Of a stretch of DNA of 64,000 bases, positions 25,415 through 35,869 are shown piece by piece. The stretch is from Macrostomum lignano. Taxonomy: Eukaryota. The translations under genes were made by a program, and so were the position numbers. How positions within the stretch are numbered: the stretch's first letter is position 1; every line of letters starts with the position of its first letter. Under the pieces are notes generated by a model. The model saw nothing but the letters and a program-made list of their open reading frames with translations, was not told the DNA's origin and did not search any database. The stretch is from positions 124,001-188,000 of the forward strand of contig NIVC01001446.1 of assembly GCA_002269645.1 (NCBI GenBank), read 5' to 3'.

Positions 25415-26513
25415 GTAGCTGCTCTCTGTTATCTTTGTAAGGCAGCTGCTTGAGTCATTCAGTCTGGGCAAACCCATTTCAAATTCCAGCAACGTTCTTC
25501 GTAAACTGGTCTCGTGTTTCCATTTTTGTTGACAATTTTCTGACTCGCCCTGTATAGGCGCTAGCAGATCCTGCGGCACTGAATTTAATTAGTCCCCTAG
25601 GCCTGAAGCAGACATGCTGCAGACACCGGGGCCGGAAGTTGATCAGGCTTATGCGGCTGTCTGTCATTCAGAGATACGAGCTTCAGCAAACAGGCCACAC
25701 CTACTTTCTCCAGGTGGCTCATTAGCATAATCTACCTGTGAAAGCCGCCATTCATTGGTATTAGTTGACTCATGCATAACCTTTGCTGGATTTTATGCTG
25801 AAATTCAAATATTTCTCTTAGCAATCTCTGCCCTGCAAGCAACAAATATTCCTGTTCTGCTACTTACAGTAGTAGACACTGTGTTAATACTATTTTTCAC
25901 TAACTAAACCGCATTGAAATAATAAATTTATTCTTTCAGCTCTGCCAACATGCAAAGAAAGACTGAGAAACTCAAGCCAAGATGCTCCATTGTTCGTGAT
26001 TGTGTTTACTCTGAGCAAGAAAAATTTAACCCCAAATTCAAGCTCAGTTGTTGCCAAATTTATGCGAGTCTCGAGACATATATTTACAGAAACAAGAATC
26101 TCTGCGGTGTTTAAATGCACGGCAGCCTGCAGGATCCAGTGTTGTTTTTGATACCGTAAAGATATTTTTACAAACTTCTTTAGCACTGCCGGACAGAGGC
26201 TTGTGTATAAACTGTGGGAAGACATTAAAAAAATATTGAGCTTCGAGTAAATAAATATTCATAAATTAGCCGAAATCTAACAAAAACAATAACAAAAATT
26301 TGAGCAGTAAAGGAGATTGTTTATGGAAAATAATACACAGTTAAGGTATGTCTGACTTTCACTGCATGGAGCCACGATTTGGAAGACCTAACACAATCAA
26401 GGACTGCTAAAGTGGAAGGACGGCGAGCTTTGTTTTTAAAAAATGGTTTTCAAGGCTTGGATTTAAGCTAAAAATACACTGCGGAGATAGGAACTGTAAT
26501 TTCCTTCAATTGG

Positions 26514-26816
26514 AATAACAATAATAGTTGTTATTGGGCCAGATTCGGCAGATGTGCAACCGACAGCTCAGCCGCAGCTATTGCGCGGCGCTTCTGAAGG
26601 CTGCGTACGGCTGTTCAGTCCAAGGACTGGGGGGTCGCCACACACCATCAATTACCCCAGCTAATGTTGGCACCCATTTTACAGCTGGGTGAACTGAAGC
26701 AATGCAGAGTTAGGTGTCAATTGCTCAAGGACACAAATTGTTCCGAGTGAGTCGAGAATCGAACCTCCGACCCTCAAGTCGTGAGTCCGACGCTCTAAGC
26801 ACTCGGCTACAATCGG
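26514..26816 (-). mobile_element. tRNA-derived CORE-like SINE, copy 1
   Basis: A box TAGCCGAGTGC and B box GGTTCGATTCT. Central TGTGTCCTTGAGCAA..CAGTTCACCCAGCTGTAAAATGGG resembles the MIR/CORE domain. CAACTATTATT tail. Highly similar second copy at 44476-44753. Confidence 0.85.
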
Positions 26817-27056
26817 AAGCAGATTGAATGACCATCTTTTAATTCGACATGACTGTGTTTTCTGCTCCATTGATTTTTTCTGAAACTTTTAGTGCTGAAC
26901 ACGAATACAGGAGATCCCACAGTGTACTTTTAATTTTTTTAATTTACCGAAGCCTTACGTCCTTCTAACTAAGCAACTGCTGAAGCAGAAAAAAAGCAGC
27001 CTAGCCCGGAATCGAGTCCGGGACCGCAACTGGCAGAGAGAGAGAGAGAGAGAGGC

Positions 27057-27460
27057 TCATTGTTGAACCAGCCGGCTGCCAGAATGCTGCTGCCTCTCCA
27101 GCAGGTGCTCCAGGCCGCTGTCCATCAGACGGGCCACCAGACGGTCGATGAACTGAGTCAGGTCTCGGACTCGCTCCTGGCGGTCAGCGGACAGCGCGGA
27201 GGATTTCGCCTCGGCCTCGGTTACTCGAAGCTCGGCGGCGGTGGCAGCAGCTTCGGCCTGGCGCAGGCGGGCCAGCAGCTGGGCGGAGTCGCGCCTGACG
27301 GACTCGAGCTCTGAACGGAGGCCATCGATGCGCAGCTCCAGCAGCTGCCGGGGCGGCTTCGGCGGCTTCTTGGATATGCCATCGGCCTCGGAGGAGGAGC
27401 TGCTGCTGCCTGCTGAGATGGCGGAGAGGATTGAGATTTGCGCAGCTATTGTTTTTGTCA
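27057..27460 (-). CDS. RAB11FIP: Rab11 family-interacting protein-like, exon 5 (coiled coil + FIP-RBD)
   Basis: RVRDLTQFIDRLVARLMDSGLEHLL matches the FIP-RBD consensus (xLExYIDxLLxRVMExxPxIL). Acceptor CTAACAG|TG is phase 1 and matches the 29913 donor. Confidence 0.8.
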
Positions 27461-27504
27461 CTGTTAGAAGTCGCGGTCGGGATCGAGGTGCCAGATTCGG
27501 TGTC

Positions 27505-29230
27505 AGGAGTCTGATTTTAGTGTCAACAGAAGGGCCGATTTTAGTGTCGGCAGAGGGGCCGATTTTAGTGTCAGCAGAGGGGCCGATTTTAGTGTCAGCA
27601 GAGGGGCCGATTTTAGTTTCAGCAGAGGGGTGGATTTTAGTGTCAGCAGAGGGGCCGATTTTAGTGTCGGCAGAGGGGCCGATTTTAGTGTCAGCAGAGG
27701 GGCCGATTTTAGTGTCAGCAGAGGGGCCGATTTTAGTTTCAGCTGAGGGGTGGATTTTAGTGTCAGCAGAGGGGCCGATTTTAGTGTCGGCAGAGGGGCC
27801 GATTTTAGTGTCAGCAGAGGGGCCGATTTTAGTGTCAGCAGAAGGGCCGATTTTAGTGTCAGCAAAGGGGCCGATTTTAGTGTCAGCAGAGGGGCCGATT
27901 TTAGTGTCAGCAGAAGGGCCGATTTTAGTGTCAGCAGAGGGGCCGATTTTAGTGTCAGCAGAGGGGCCGATTTTAGTGTCAGCAGAGGGGCCGATTTTAG
28001 TGTCAGCAGAGGGGCCGATTTTAGTGTCGGCAGAGGGGCCGATTTTAGTGTCAGCAGAGGGGCCGATTTTAGTGTCAGCAGAGGGGCCGATTTTAGTGTC
28101 AGCAGAGGGGCCGATTTTAGTGTCAGCAGAGGGGCCGATTTTAGTGTCAGCAGAGGGGCCGATTTTAGTGTCAGCAGAGGGGCCGATTTTAGTGTCAGCA
28201 GAGGGGCCGATTTTAGTGTCAGCAGAGGGGCCGATTTTAGTGTCAGCAGAGGGGCCGATTTTAGTGTCAGCAAAGGGGCCGATTTTAGTGTCAGCAGAGG
28301 GGCCGATTTTAGTGTCAGCAGAGGGGCCGATTTTAGTGTCAGCAGAGGGGCCGATTTTAGTTTCAGCAGAGGGGTGGATTTTAGTGTCAGCAGAGGGGCC
28401 GATTTTAGTTTCAGCTGAGGGGTGGATTTTAGTGTCAGCAGAGGGGCCGATTTTAGTGTCAGCAGAGGGGCCGATTTTAGTGTCAGCAGAGGGGCCGATT
28501 TTAGTGTCAGCAGAGGGGTGGATTTTAGTGTCAGCAGAGGGGCCGATTTTAGTTTCAGCTGAGGGGTGGATTTTAGTGTCAGCAGAGGGGCCGATTTTAG
28601 TGTCGGCAGAGGGGCCGATTTTAGTGTCAGCAGAGGGGCCGATTTTAGTGTCAGCAGAAGGGCCGATTTTAGTGTCAGCAGAGGGGCCGATTTTAGTGTC
28701 AGCAGAGGGGCCGATTTTAGTGTCAGCAGAAGGGCCGATTTTAGTGTCAGCAGAGGGGCCGATTTTAGTGTCAGCAGAGGGGCCGATTTTAGTGTCAGCA
28801 GAGGGGCCGATTTTAGTGTCAGCAGAGGGGCCGATTTTAGTGTCAGCAGAGGGGCCGATTTTAGTGTCAGCAGAGGGGCCGATTTTAGTGTCAGCAGAGG
28901 GGCCGATTTTAGTGTCAGCAGAGGGGCCGATTTTAGTTTCAGCAGAGGGGTGGATTTTAGTGTCAGCAGAGGGGCCGATTTTAGTGTCGGCAGAGGGGCC
29001 GATTTTAGTGTCAGCAGAGGGGCCGATTTTAGTGTCAGCAGAGGGGCCGATTTTAGTGTCAGCAGAGGGGGCCAATTTTAGTGTCAGCAGAGGGGGCCGA
29101 TTTTAGTGTCAGCAGAAGGGCCGATTTTAGTGTCAGCAGAGGGGGCCGATTTTAGTGTCAGCAGAGGGGGCCGATTTTAGTGTCAGCAGAGGGGCTGATT
29201 TTAGTGTCAGCACAAGGGCCGATTTTAGTG
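27505..29230. repeat. 24-bp intronic minisatellite GAGGGGCCGATTTTAGTGTCAGCA, about 70 copies
   Basis: Lies in Rab11-FIP intron 4. Several 25-bp indel units at 29050-29180. Confidence 0.96.
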
Positions 29231-29309
29231 TCAGAAAAGTCACCGATTTTAGCATCATGGGTGTTCATTTTAGTATCAGTGACAGCGATTTTAGTATCAG
29301 GAACATCTG

Positions 29310-29850
29310 CTCCAGTGTCAGGGGTTGCACTCACTATTGTACAGGAGCACAAACTCCAGTGTCAGGGGTTGCACTCACTATTGTACAGGAGCACAAACTC
29401 CAGTGTCAGGGGTTGCACTCACTATTGTACAGGAGCACAAACTCCAGTGTCAGGGGTTGCACTCACTATTGTACAGGAGCACAAACTCCAGTGTCAGGGG
29501 TTGCACTCACTATTGTACAGGAGCACAAACTCCAGTGTCAGGGGTTGCACTCACTATTGTACAGGAGCACAAACTCCAGTGTCAGGGGTTGCACTCACTA
29601 TTGTACAGGAGCACAAACTCCAGTGTCAGGGGTTGCACTCACTATTGTACAGGAGCACAAACTCCAGTGTCAGGGGTTGCACTCACTATTGCACAGGAGC
29701 ACAAACTCCAGTGTCAGGGGTTGCACTCACTATTGCACAGGAGCACAAACTCCAGTGTCAGGGGTTGCACTCACTATTGTACAGGAGCACAAACTCCAGT
29801 GTCAGGGGTTGCACTCACTATTGCACAGGAGCACAAACTCCAGTGTCAGA
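29310..29850. repeat. 44-bp intronic minisatellite CTCCAGTGTCAGGGGTTGCACTCACTATTGTACAGGAGCACAAA, about 12 copies
   Basis: Same intron; shares AGTGTCAG with the 24-mer. Confidence 0.96.
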
Positions 29851-29912
29851 CAGCGTCAAAAATAGCGCCACCTGTGGCTGCGTGCTGAGGAAAAACCGGC
29901 CCAGTCTCTCAC

Positions 29913-30379
29913 CTTCATCGCCGCTGCTGACCACAGCGGCGAGTCGCCCGTTGACCTCGCCGACCCCGGCTACGCCGCCCTTCGACGGTAGCGGCGACAG
30001 CGCATCGTCAACTTCGTCTTCTTCAACGCCTTCATCAATATCTTTGTCATCGTCGGGTGTCTTCGTCGTGTCGTGTCGTCGGCCGAGACGGCGCCAAACG
30101 AAGCGAACGGCGGGCGCCGATTGTCGACGGCCTTGGGCGCCGCTGCGGGCGCCGCGCGACTCAAGTTTGCGCCGCCGCGTGGCTGCCACCCAGCAGCGGT
30201 AGCGGAGGACGGCGCGGCCGACGCCGTTGGCTCCGGGCAGCGGCAGCAGAGCGGCGTCTGTCGGCAATGCGGCGTCCTCGCTGCTCGGCACGAGAGACAG
30301 CGGCAGCTCCGCCTGGCCCAGGAGGCGACCGCGGCTGAGCAGGCGCAGCGTCAGCGGCTGCTGGGATTCGCCGAGCTCG
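29913..30379 (-). CDS. RAB11FIP: Rab11-FIP-like, exon 4 (C2 domain C-half + acidic linker)
   Basis: IELGESQQPLTLRLLSRGRLLGQAELPL..VLRYRCW. Acceptor CCCAG|C (phase 2), donor GAAG|GTGAGA (phase 1). An alternative donor at 29872 cannot be excluded. Confidence 0.75.
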
Positions 30380-30466
30380 CTGGGCGCAATTCAGGTTGCT
30401 TAGCTTTAGTTTTTATTTGCTTTTAGATTAGAGAACTGGAAAATGCCAAATTCAATCAGTACTCAC

Positions 30467-30581
30467 ATGGCCTCGGTGATCTCCCACTTGGGGTTGCCCG
30501 ACGCGTCAGACACTGAGCGGCTAGAAAATTTCAACTTTTCACCTTGATAACACGTGACCTGCCATTTCGCTTTCTTTTTCA
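30467..30581 (-). CDS. RAB11FIP: Rab11-FIP-like, exon 3 (C2 domain)
   Basis: VKKKAKWQVTCYQGEKLKFSSRSVSDASGNPKWEITEA (C2 K-F-x-T..NPxW motif). TTCCAG| and |GTGAGT sites. Confidence 0.78.
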
Positions 30582-30678
30582 CTGGAAACAATGAAAATAA
30601 TATTAATAAAACAACAGCACCCAAGGCTAAACACGAATACCTCGTACTCTTCGTATCAGTTAAAACAGCTGACCTTAC

Positions 30679-30723
30679 CTGTTGTTTCATCAACAGGAAC
30701 GGGCAAGTTGAGTGCACTGTAAA
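30679..30723 (-). CDS. RAB11FIP: Rab11-FIP-like, exon 2 (C2 strand IYSALNLP)
   Basis: TTTTACAG| acceptor, CAG|GTAAGG donor, phases 1/1 consistent. Confidence 0.7.
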
Positions 30724-30795
30724 CTGTAAAAAAATTTAAAGAAATAGTTAAAAAAAACAAAAATAAAAGGAAAAATTAAACTGTCTATGCCTTAC

Positions 30796-30859
30796 TTGTC
30801 ATAATGATCACGGCCGGCTCAATATTTTCAGTTGATTCTTCGATGTTGGAAGACAGCAT
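30796..30859 (-). CDS. RAB11FIP: Rab11-FIP-like, exon 1 (MLSSNIEESTENIEPAVIIMT)
   Basis: ATG at 30859, donor A|GTAAGG. The five exons total 1095 nt = 364 aa + stop. Confidence 0.62.
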
Positions 30860-33279
30860 ATCAGCTTTATTTTAACTGGAGTGCATTTAAATTTTGCTCT
30901 CTGTTAGATTTAAACATTCAGAATTGTTTAAATAATATGCAACATTAATTTTTTGATATATAAATTATTTTTTGAATATGGAAAAAATTTAAGTAGACAA
31001 CTTAATGGAGAAAATAATTTAGTACCTCATTGATTATCGTCGAATAAATAAACAAAGCATGATAATTAAAAACTACTTAAAATGAAATCCTGCTAATAAA
31101 ATCTATAAATAGTAAAAAATCAAAGGAAGTTTAATTAAAAAATAACTTTCAAAATTTCAAAAGTTTAGAAAAAGTTGTTAAGCATCTATATATTATATAT
31201 ATAAGGGTTAGGCCTATAAACTATAACTACCCTATAAATGACTCGAAGTATATGTCACTTAACCACAATCATAATTACATACATACGTTTCTACATAAAC
31301 ATGAATGACTTCAATAACATGTAGTTTATTACGCACTGACAACGATAAGCGCATAGTGGGTGAAGTAGCGACAATTTTTTTGAAAAATATGTCGCTTTAT
31401 CTGGTTTTATTAATAAAACCAGAAATAAATAAATTACGAAGACACTTGATCATTATTAAATAGATTGTTGCAAAAAAATTTTGATGGGTTTTAATATTTT
31501 TCTGTCAATGTATCCATAAACTTGGCTTTCAAACTGTTCGGAGATTATTTTTAATATATCAAAACGTGTCCGGCTACTAAAAAATTACAGCCCAATGAAC
31601 ATGTTAAAATAAGGAGTAGACTCTTTTTGAAATTTTTAAATTGCAAAAAGAATCCTAATACTTAAGGTTTACAGAAATTTACTTTTTATTTACTAGATAA
31701 TATTGATCATATCACAAATATAAGCCCCAGATTCATAAAGTTTGTTAAACTCAGTGAATGTAAAACCAACGGGCTTCAAATCGCCATATCATTTAATTGT
31801 TGCCATATCCCTGACTTACTAAATGATCGGGGTTTTTCACTGTCTCTACCAAGGAAGAATTGAGTCCCTAATTGAGCAAATCTTCCTTGATCTCTACATT
31901 TATTTCAGATTTTATGTTCGTGGAATCATTCTTTAAGAATTATTAATATGTTAGAAATGTATAAATTAATTCATATCTGTACAGAAATAAATAACAATGT
32001 ACTCCCGAAAAGATCGGTATTACTAATAGAGTGTAAAAGAAATATACGCAGAGCTGCTTTGTTAATAAAGACTTTATAATGCATGCACATGTAGAGCAGA
32101 TGGGATTACATATTACATGTACAGTATGTATCATTGTAAATTACCATTCAAACGCGTCAACATGTGCATTGATTCATTGTTCTCGGGATTCTCTATAAAT
32201 TTAAAATGCTTGAGCGGGATGAATAAGTACATAACAGCTCCCAATACTGCGGTGTGGCATGACCGAAATAAAAAAAATTGATCACTGATTTTGAGGACCA
32301 CTGATTTTAATGCAATTAATAATTACACGTACAAGTAAAATTTAATTCGCCACGTAAACAAGTACGTGACTTGTAGAATAGCTTGGATTTGAAAATTTGC
32401 CTCAATAGTGATAAGCTGATGAGCTTGAACCAATGCAAATTTACCCTGACACTGTAAACACGGCCTTTTCAGCTATTTTTGCGGGTCACATACGGACCGG
32501 ATATCGAGCACTAGCGATAAATGATGAAGACATCAAAAAACACAGAGAGGCTGGGGGCGGTCAGGTTCCGACTCACATCCAAGGCGGCAGCGCCTTCAAT
32601 ATCTTAGCTAGCCAGACTCAGACAGACGGGCCTCTCATTTGGCATTCCTTCTTATAGGCCCGGTGCAAGAGAGGCAATAACAATATCTGTCAACTGTTTG
32701 GTGCAGCCGCACTTGGCATGTTTAGAGGCGGGCATTCGCGGTATCAGCTGACAGTTGTCGGTCGGAATTTTTTTATGCGCAAACTTTGCTCTGTTGAAAA
32801 AAATTTCTTTGCGCTGGTAATCTTGCCCAAAAACACAAAGAGTTCTTCACTTGCGGTTGCGTATATCTGTATCTAGCGCCATGGTTCCAATGATAGAGAA
32901 AGAAATTAAGAAAGAAGAAAGAAAGGATCGAGTCTCCTTACTGTGTAACCAGACGGTCCTATAAGTTCAGGGCTTTATTTTAAACTTTAGCTGCGTTTTA
33001 TCTCTTCTTGTATTGCGTCTGCAGTCGTCTTGCAGAGGCGCGAGCTGTGCAGCCAATACTGTTGGAGTCCGAGGGTCCTTGGAGCCCGATTAAAATGCAA
33101 AATTAAACTCCCACAGCAGAACGATTGCGTGCAGCAGGTGCATCTGCACTATATACTCGTATCTCTCTGTCTGACTCTCGAAAAACTTGTGCGCTTTTTG
33201 TCAAACTAACTATTATCTACTGCTTGGCCACGTAATTTCCAAAAATTGACGCAATCAGAATTCTGACTCAATGACAAAT

Positions 33280-33285
33280 TTTATT
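33280..33285 (-). terminator. Putative polyadenylation signal of the Maf gene
   Basis: AATAAA about 315 nt downstream of the stop. Confidence 0.45.
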
Positions 33286-33598
33286 ATTATTATAACAAAC
33301 ATTTGGGAATTAGGCTTTTAGAGTATACGAAGCGCGCAATGACATGGCGATAAATGACTACGCAACAGGGACTAACAAACTAAACACAGTATAGAATTTG
33401 AACTGAACAGCTCAGCAACACTCGAGTTGATTAACTACAAAGGCCAGGCGGGCGACACCCCAGCAGTTTCCAGCTAAAAGTTATTCGCGGAGTCAAGCAG
33501 CAACTCGGGAAAAAATGCAGACGAACGTGCGATGGAATTATCGGCACTACAGAGTACACAGCAGAGGGCTAACAGTTGGCCTGAGCTGGTCTTCGGGA

Positions 33599-34318
33599 TC
33601 ACCCAGACCAGCCTTTGCACTTTCGTTTCTCGTCGCTCAGCAGCTCCTCCAGGCAGCGGCGGTACTTGTCCCGCTCGCGCGTCACCGACTCCAGCTGCTG
33701 GCGCAGGCTGTCCAGCCTGCTCACCAGCCCGGCGCTCTCGTTGGCCAGCTCGGTCTGGGCGCTGTGTCGTCGCTGCCGGCAGGTCTGGGCGTAGCGCCGG
33801 TTCTTCAGCGTCCGCCGGCGCCGCTTCAACCGCTGCACCGTCGCTCGGGGAAGGCTGCGAAGCCGGGCGTTCAATTCGCGGATGCTCAGTGAGACCAGCT
33901 CCAAGTCAGTCGGAGCCGGAGCTGGCGCGGCCGCTGGCGGCGTTGCAGACGGCGGCGGGGGCAGCAGCGCCTGCTGCAGTGTCGGCGGCGGCGGCGGCGG
34001 CGACTTTTCAAAGAAGCTGCAATCGAAGTCGTAGCGGTCATCAAAGTTGCCTGGCTTGACGGCAGCGGTCCAGAGCTCGGGATCCAGCGGCGGTGGCCAG
34101 TCCTGCTGCTGCTGCTGAGGCTGCTGCTGCTGAGGCTGCAGAGGCGGGGCTGGAGGATAAGTGAAGGCGGTGGCGGAGGCTGGAGACGACACCGAACTGC
34201 CGGCGTTGTTGCCGGGGCTCACAGTCGGCGAAGTGAAGTCGGACAGCAGGTCGCACAGCAGGGTGCCATCGTCCGGTTCGACCAGGTCTGGCATGTTCTG
34301 CAGATTAAAAAATGACAT
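33599..34318 (-). CDS. MAF: Maf-family bZIP transcription factor (239 aa, intronless, large-Maf-like N-terminus)
   Basis: Extended homology region ELVSLSIRELNARLR, basic region LKRRRRTLKNRRYAQTCRQRR, leucine zipper ending ERDKYR. GCCATG start. Acidic/Pro/Gln-rich N-terminus. Confidence 0.92.
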   Translation of the reverse strand: MSFFNLQNMPDLVEPDDGTLLCDLLSDFTSPTVSPGNNAGSSVSSPASATAFTYPPAPPLQPQQQQPQQQQQDWPPPLDPELWTAAVKPGNFDDRYDFDCSFFEKSPPPPPPTLQQALLPPPPSATPPAAAPAPAPTDLELVSLSIRELNARLRSLPRATVQRLKRRRRTLKNRRYAQTCRQRRHSAQTELANESAGLVSRLDSLRQQLESVTRERDKYRRCLEELLSDEKRKCKGWSG

Positions 34319-34412
34319 GGCTTGTATTTGACTGAATTTGATCGCTGGCGCGCCTTTGGCTCTGTGCAGACTGTGCGTGAAGCCTCTGGCGCCTGACCCC
34401 AGGCCTGACGGG

Positions 34413-34478
34413 TTTTATAGCCATCCCGCTTCAGTATCAGCAGGCCGGGGCTGGGTGGGGGGCGCCCAGATAACCAAT
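34413..34478 (-). promoter_or_regulatory. Maf core promoter: TATAAAA (34419-34413), GC box, CCAAT (34474-34478)
   Basis: Canonical TATA about 95 nt upstream of the ATG with a CCAAT about 60 nt further upstream. Confidence 0.6.
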
Positions 34479-35869
34479 GAGTGGAACAGTCAATAACTGC
34501 TTGTTTTGTTTAGTGCAAGTGCACTTTGGCGGCTCTTAGCTGGAGCGGAGCCGGACTATCGGGCGGATTGGAGGGGCTGTTGAGTGCTGGAAATCTAGGG
34601 GGACCTGCCTTCTACGGGCCTGCTGCAAGATTTTTGACGGTCTTAGTAAAACAAATTTTAAAACTTGCAGTGTGCAGCTGTAGAACACTAACAAAAATTG
34701 ACTGTTTGCTTTACTTTGAATCTGAATGTTTTGATTCTGAAGCACTTTTGCGGTGCATTTGCAGTGTCGTGTTTTGTAGTGTAGTGTAGTGTCAAGTTTG
34801 AACAAAGTCGAAGTCAAAGTGGAACGAATTGGAAAATTATGATCCCTGGAGATGCATGCATGCCTGTGGAGGGGATTTCCTGTAATAATTTTCCTGCAAT
34901 AAATTCCAGAACACGGCATCACTTTTCACCCATACGGAGCTTCTGGACCTTCAACAGGTTGCACCAGATGACTATGGAGACCCTGTTGCGAATGTCTCCG
35001 ATGTCTTCCATGAAGGCTCGATAGTGGGCAAGCCTCAACTGCTGGACATCTTCAACTAGACTCTCAAGCATACCGTCTTCACCCCGACGATGTCGGCACC
35101 TTCAACAGATGGCACCGGGTGACTATCGTTGAAAGCTCAGTATCACAAAGTCACATCGCCAAGGACTTTATTATATTTACAAACATGCTAAGCCAGTGCA
35201 GGTTCATCTAATGCACTACTAAAATTCTGCAGGCCTAAAAGTCAGAAATTCTAGTGTTTCATATAAATTAATACTAAAAACTCAGAACAGATGCCCAACT
35301 GGAAGTAGTATCATTAACTAAGGGCCGATATGGTGCTTTAGCAGCGGTGCCTGTGGGCTGAACTGGAAAAAAGCTTTGAATAAAAACTTAGCAAAGCAGT
35401 CATAGCTTCTTATCCAAAAAATATCTGCTATCAGCAGCAAGCAGGCATTCTTCCGGCCCGAGCGCAAGACTCGAATCTCAGGCTTGAGCAGTTCACGCAG
35501 TATTTCTCATAGCAACCCGGAAATCCCCGATGTGAATCGTCGCTACTTCCTGAATCGAGTCGGTCCGAGGTTTTCTATTTCACCTCAAAGGTAAACAAAG
35601 TGGTAGGAAATTTTTTGTTTAGAATTCCAAGGGAAGACGATACGGTCGAATTCATATCACGAGACACTCCAGTATGGAAAGCCTAACGCGCGCATGTACG
35701 CAGACTTTTTGAAAAATATCCTCAACAAAAATCCCTTCAGACAGACAAAATGCATAGGAGAAGGGGAACAAGCTGCGAGAGACTGCATGCTTGCAGTAAT
35801 GTCTTGTGAACTTGCACTGATGCAAGCGTCACACCTAAGCGTCACACCGTCACACCTTTAGGTGTGTCA

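Noticed and set aside
27505-29230. TGCTGAC half-MARE in each 24-bp unit near the Maf gene
   Set aside because: Lacks the 5' AT-rich flank or palindromic partner that Maf binding needs; proximity is probably coincidental.
31700-31960. AT-rich minus-strand frame that is open if TGA is read as Trp (possible NUMT)
   Set aside because: No recognisable mitochondrial protein motif; long frames are easy to obtain once TGA is ignored.
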